Shown one piece after another: positions 63,809 through 64,000 of a stretch of 64,000 nt of DNA. The stretch covers positions 1,798,001 to 1,862,000 of the forward strand of contig CM035361.1 in assembly GCA_020137815.1 (NCBI GenBank), read 5' to 3'. Position 1 is the first letter of the stretch. Every line of letters begins with the position of its first letter. The position numbers and the translations under genes are program-made. A model generated the notes under the pieces. The model made no database searches. It saw nothing but the letters and a program-made list of their open reading frames with translations, and had not been told where the DNA came from. Source of the stretch: Hormiphora californensis. Its lineage: Eukaryota; Animalia; Ctenophora.

Positions 63809-64000
63809 TTTTTTTCAAAACTTTTTAAATACCAACACTTGGTATAGCACTAAGTGTAAATCAATTAATTTCAAAAACTCGACCGTTTTTTAGACTATTG
63901 TTAAGTGTCTACACTATTTACAAGGTGGGCCACGGATTGTTGGTAAGGGTTAGCGAGTTGTCCCGTCAAAACGGTGATAGTTGCGAGAATAAAAATCATG

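Overview
Eukaryotic (animal) genomic DNA with GT-AG introns, long (GA)n microsatellites and many small transposons. It is most likely a cydippid ctenophore (Pleurobrachia/Hormiphora-like); this rests only on two short repeat families I recall from Pleurobrachia gene models, so it is tentative. All seven host protein-coding genes I could build lie on the minus strand: ICMT (3' end not found in the window), a white-like ABCG half-transporter, a 1601-aa single-coding-exon Ser/Lys-rich repeat protein, ACTR10 (dynactin Arp11), casein kinase 1 alpha, an unannotated single-pass membrane protein with a PDZ domain, and an intronless propeptide-less papain-family gene nested in an intron of the latter. 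Also present are an intron-containing tRNA-Tyr, a tRNA-Val-like pseudogene, a CR1/L2-type RT split by a TTAA-flanked palindrome, a LINE ORF1-like ORF, several foldback/MITE elements with visible target-site duplications, and two copies of a Crypton-like repeat. Top leads: (1) the LAT/PAG-like transmembrane adaptor with PDZ assembled from micro-exons; (2) a 6.7-kb co-oriented mosaic of MULE and LINE fragments in an ACTR10 intron, punctuated six times by one ~22-bp motif; (3) the divergent nested secreted protease with a long C-terminal extension; (4) the giant charge-alternating repeat protein. Exon boundaries were read by eye and may be off by a few bases.
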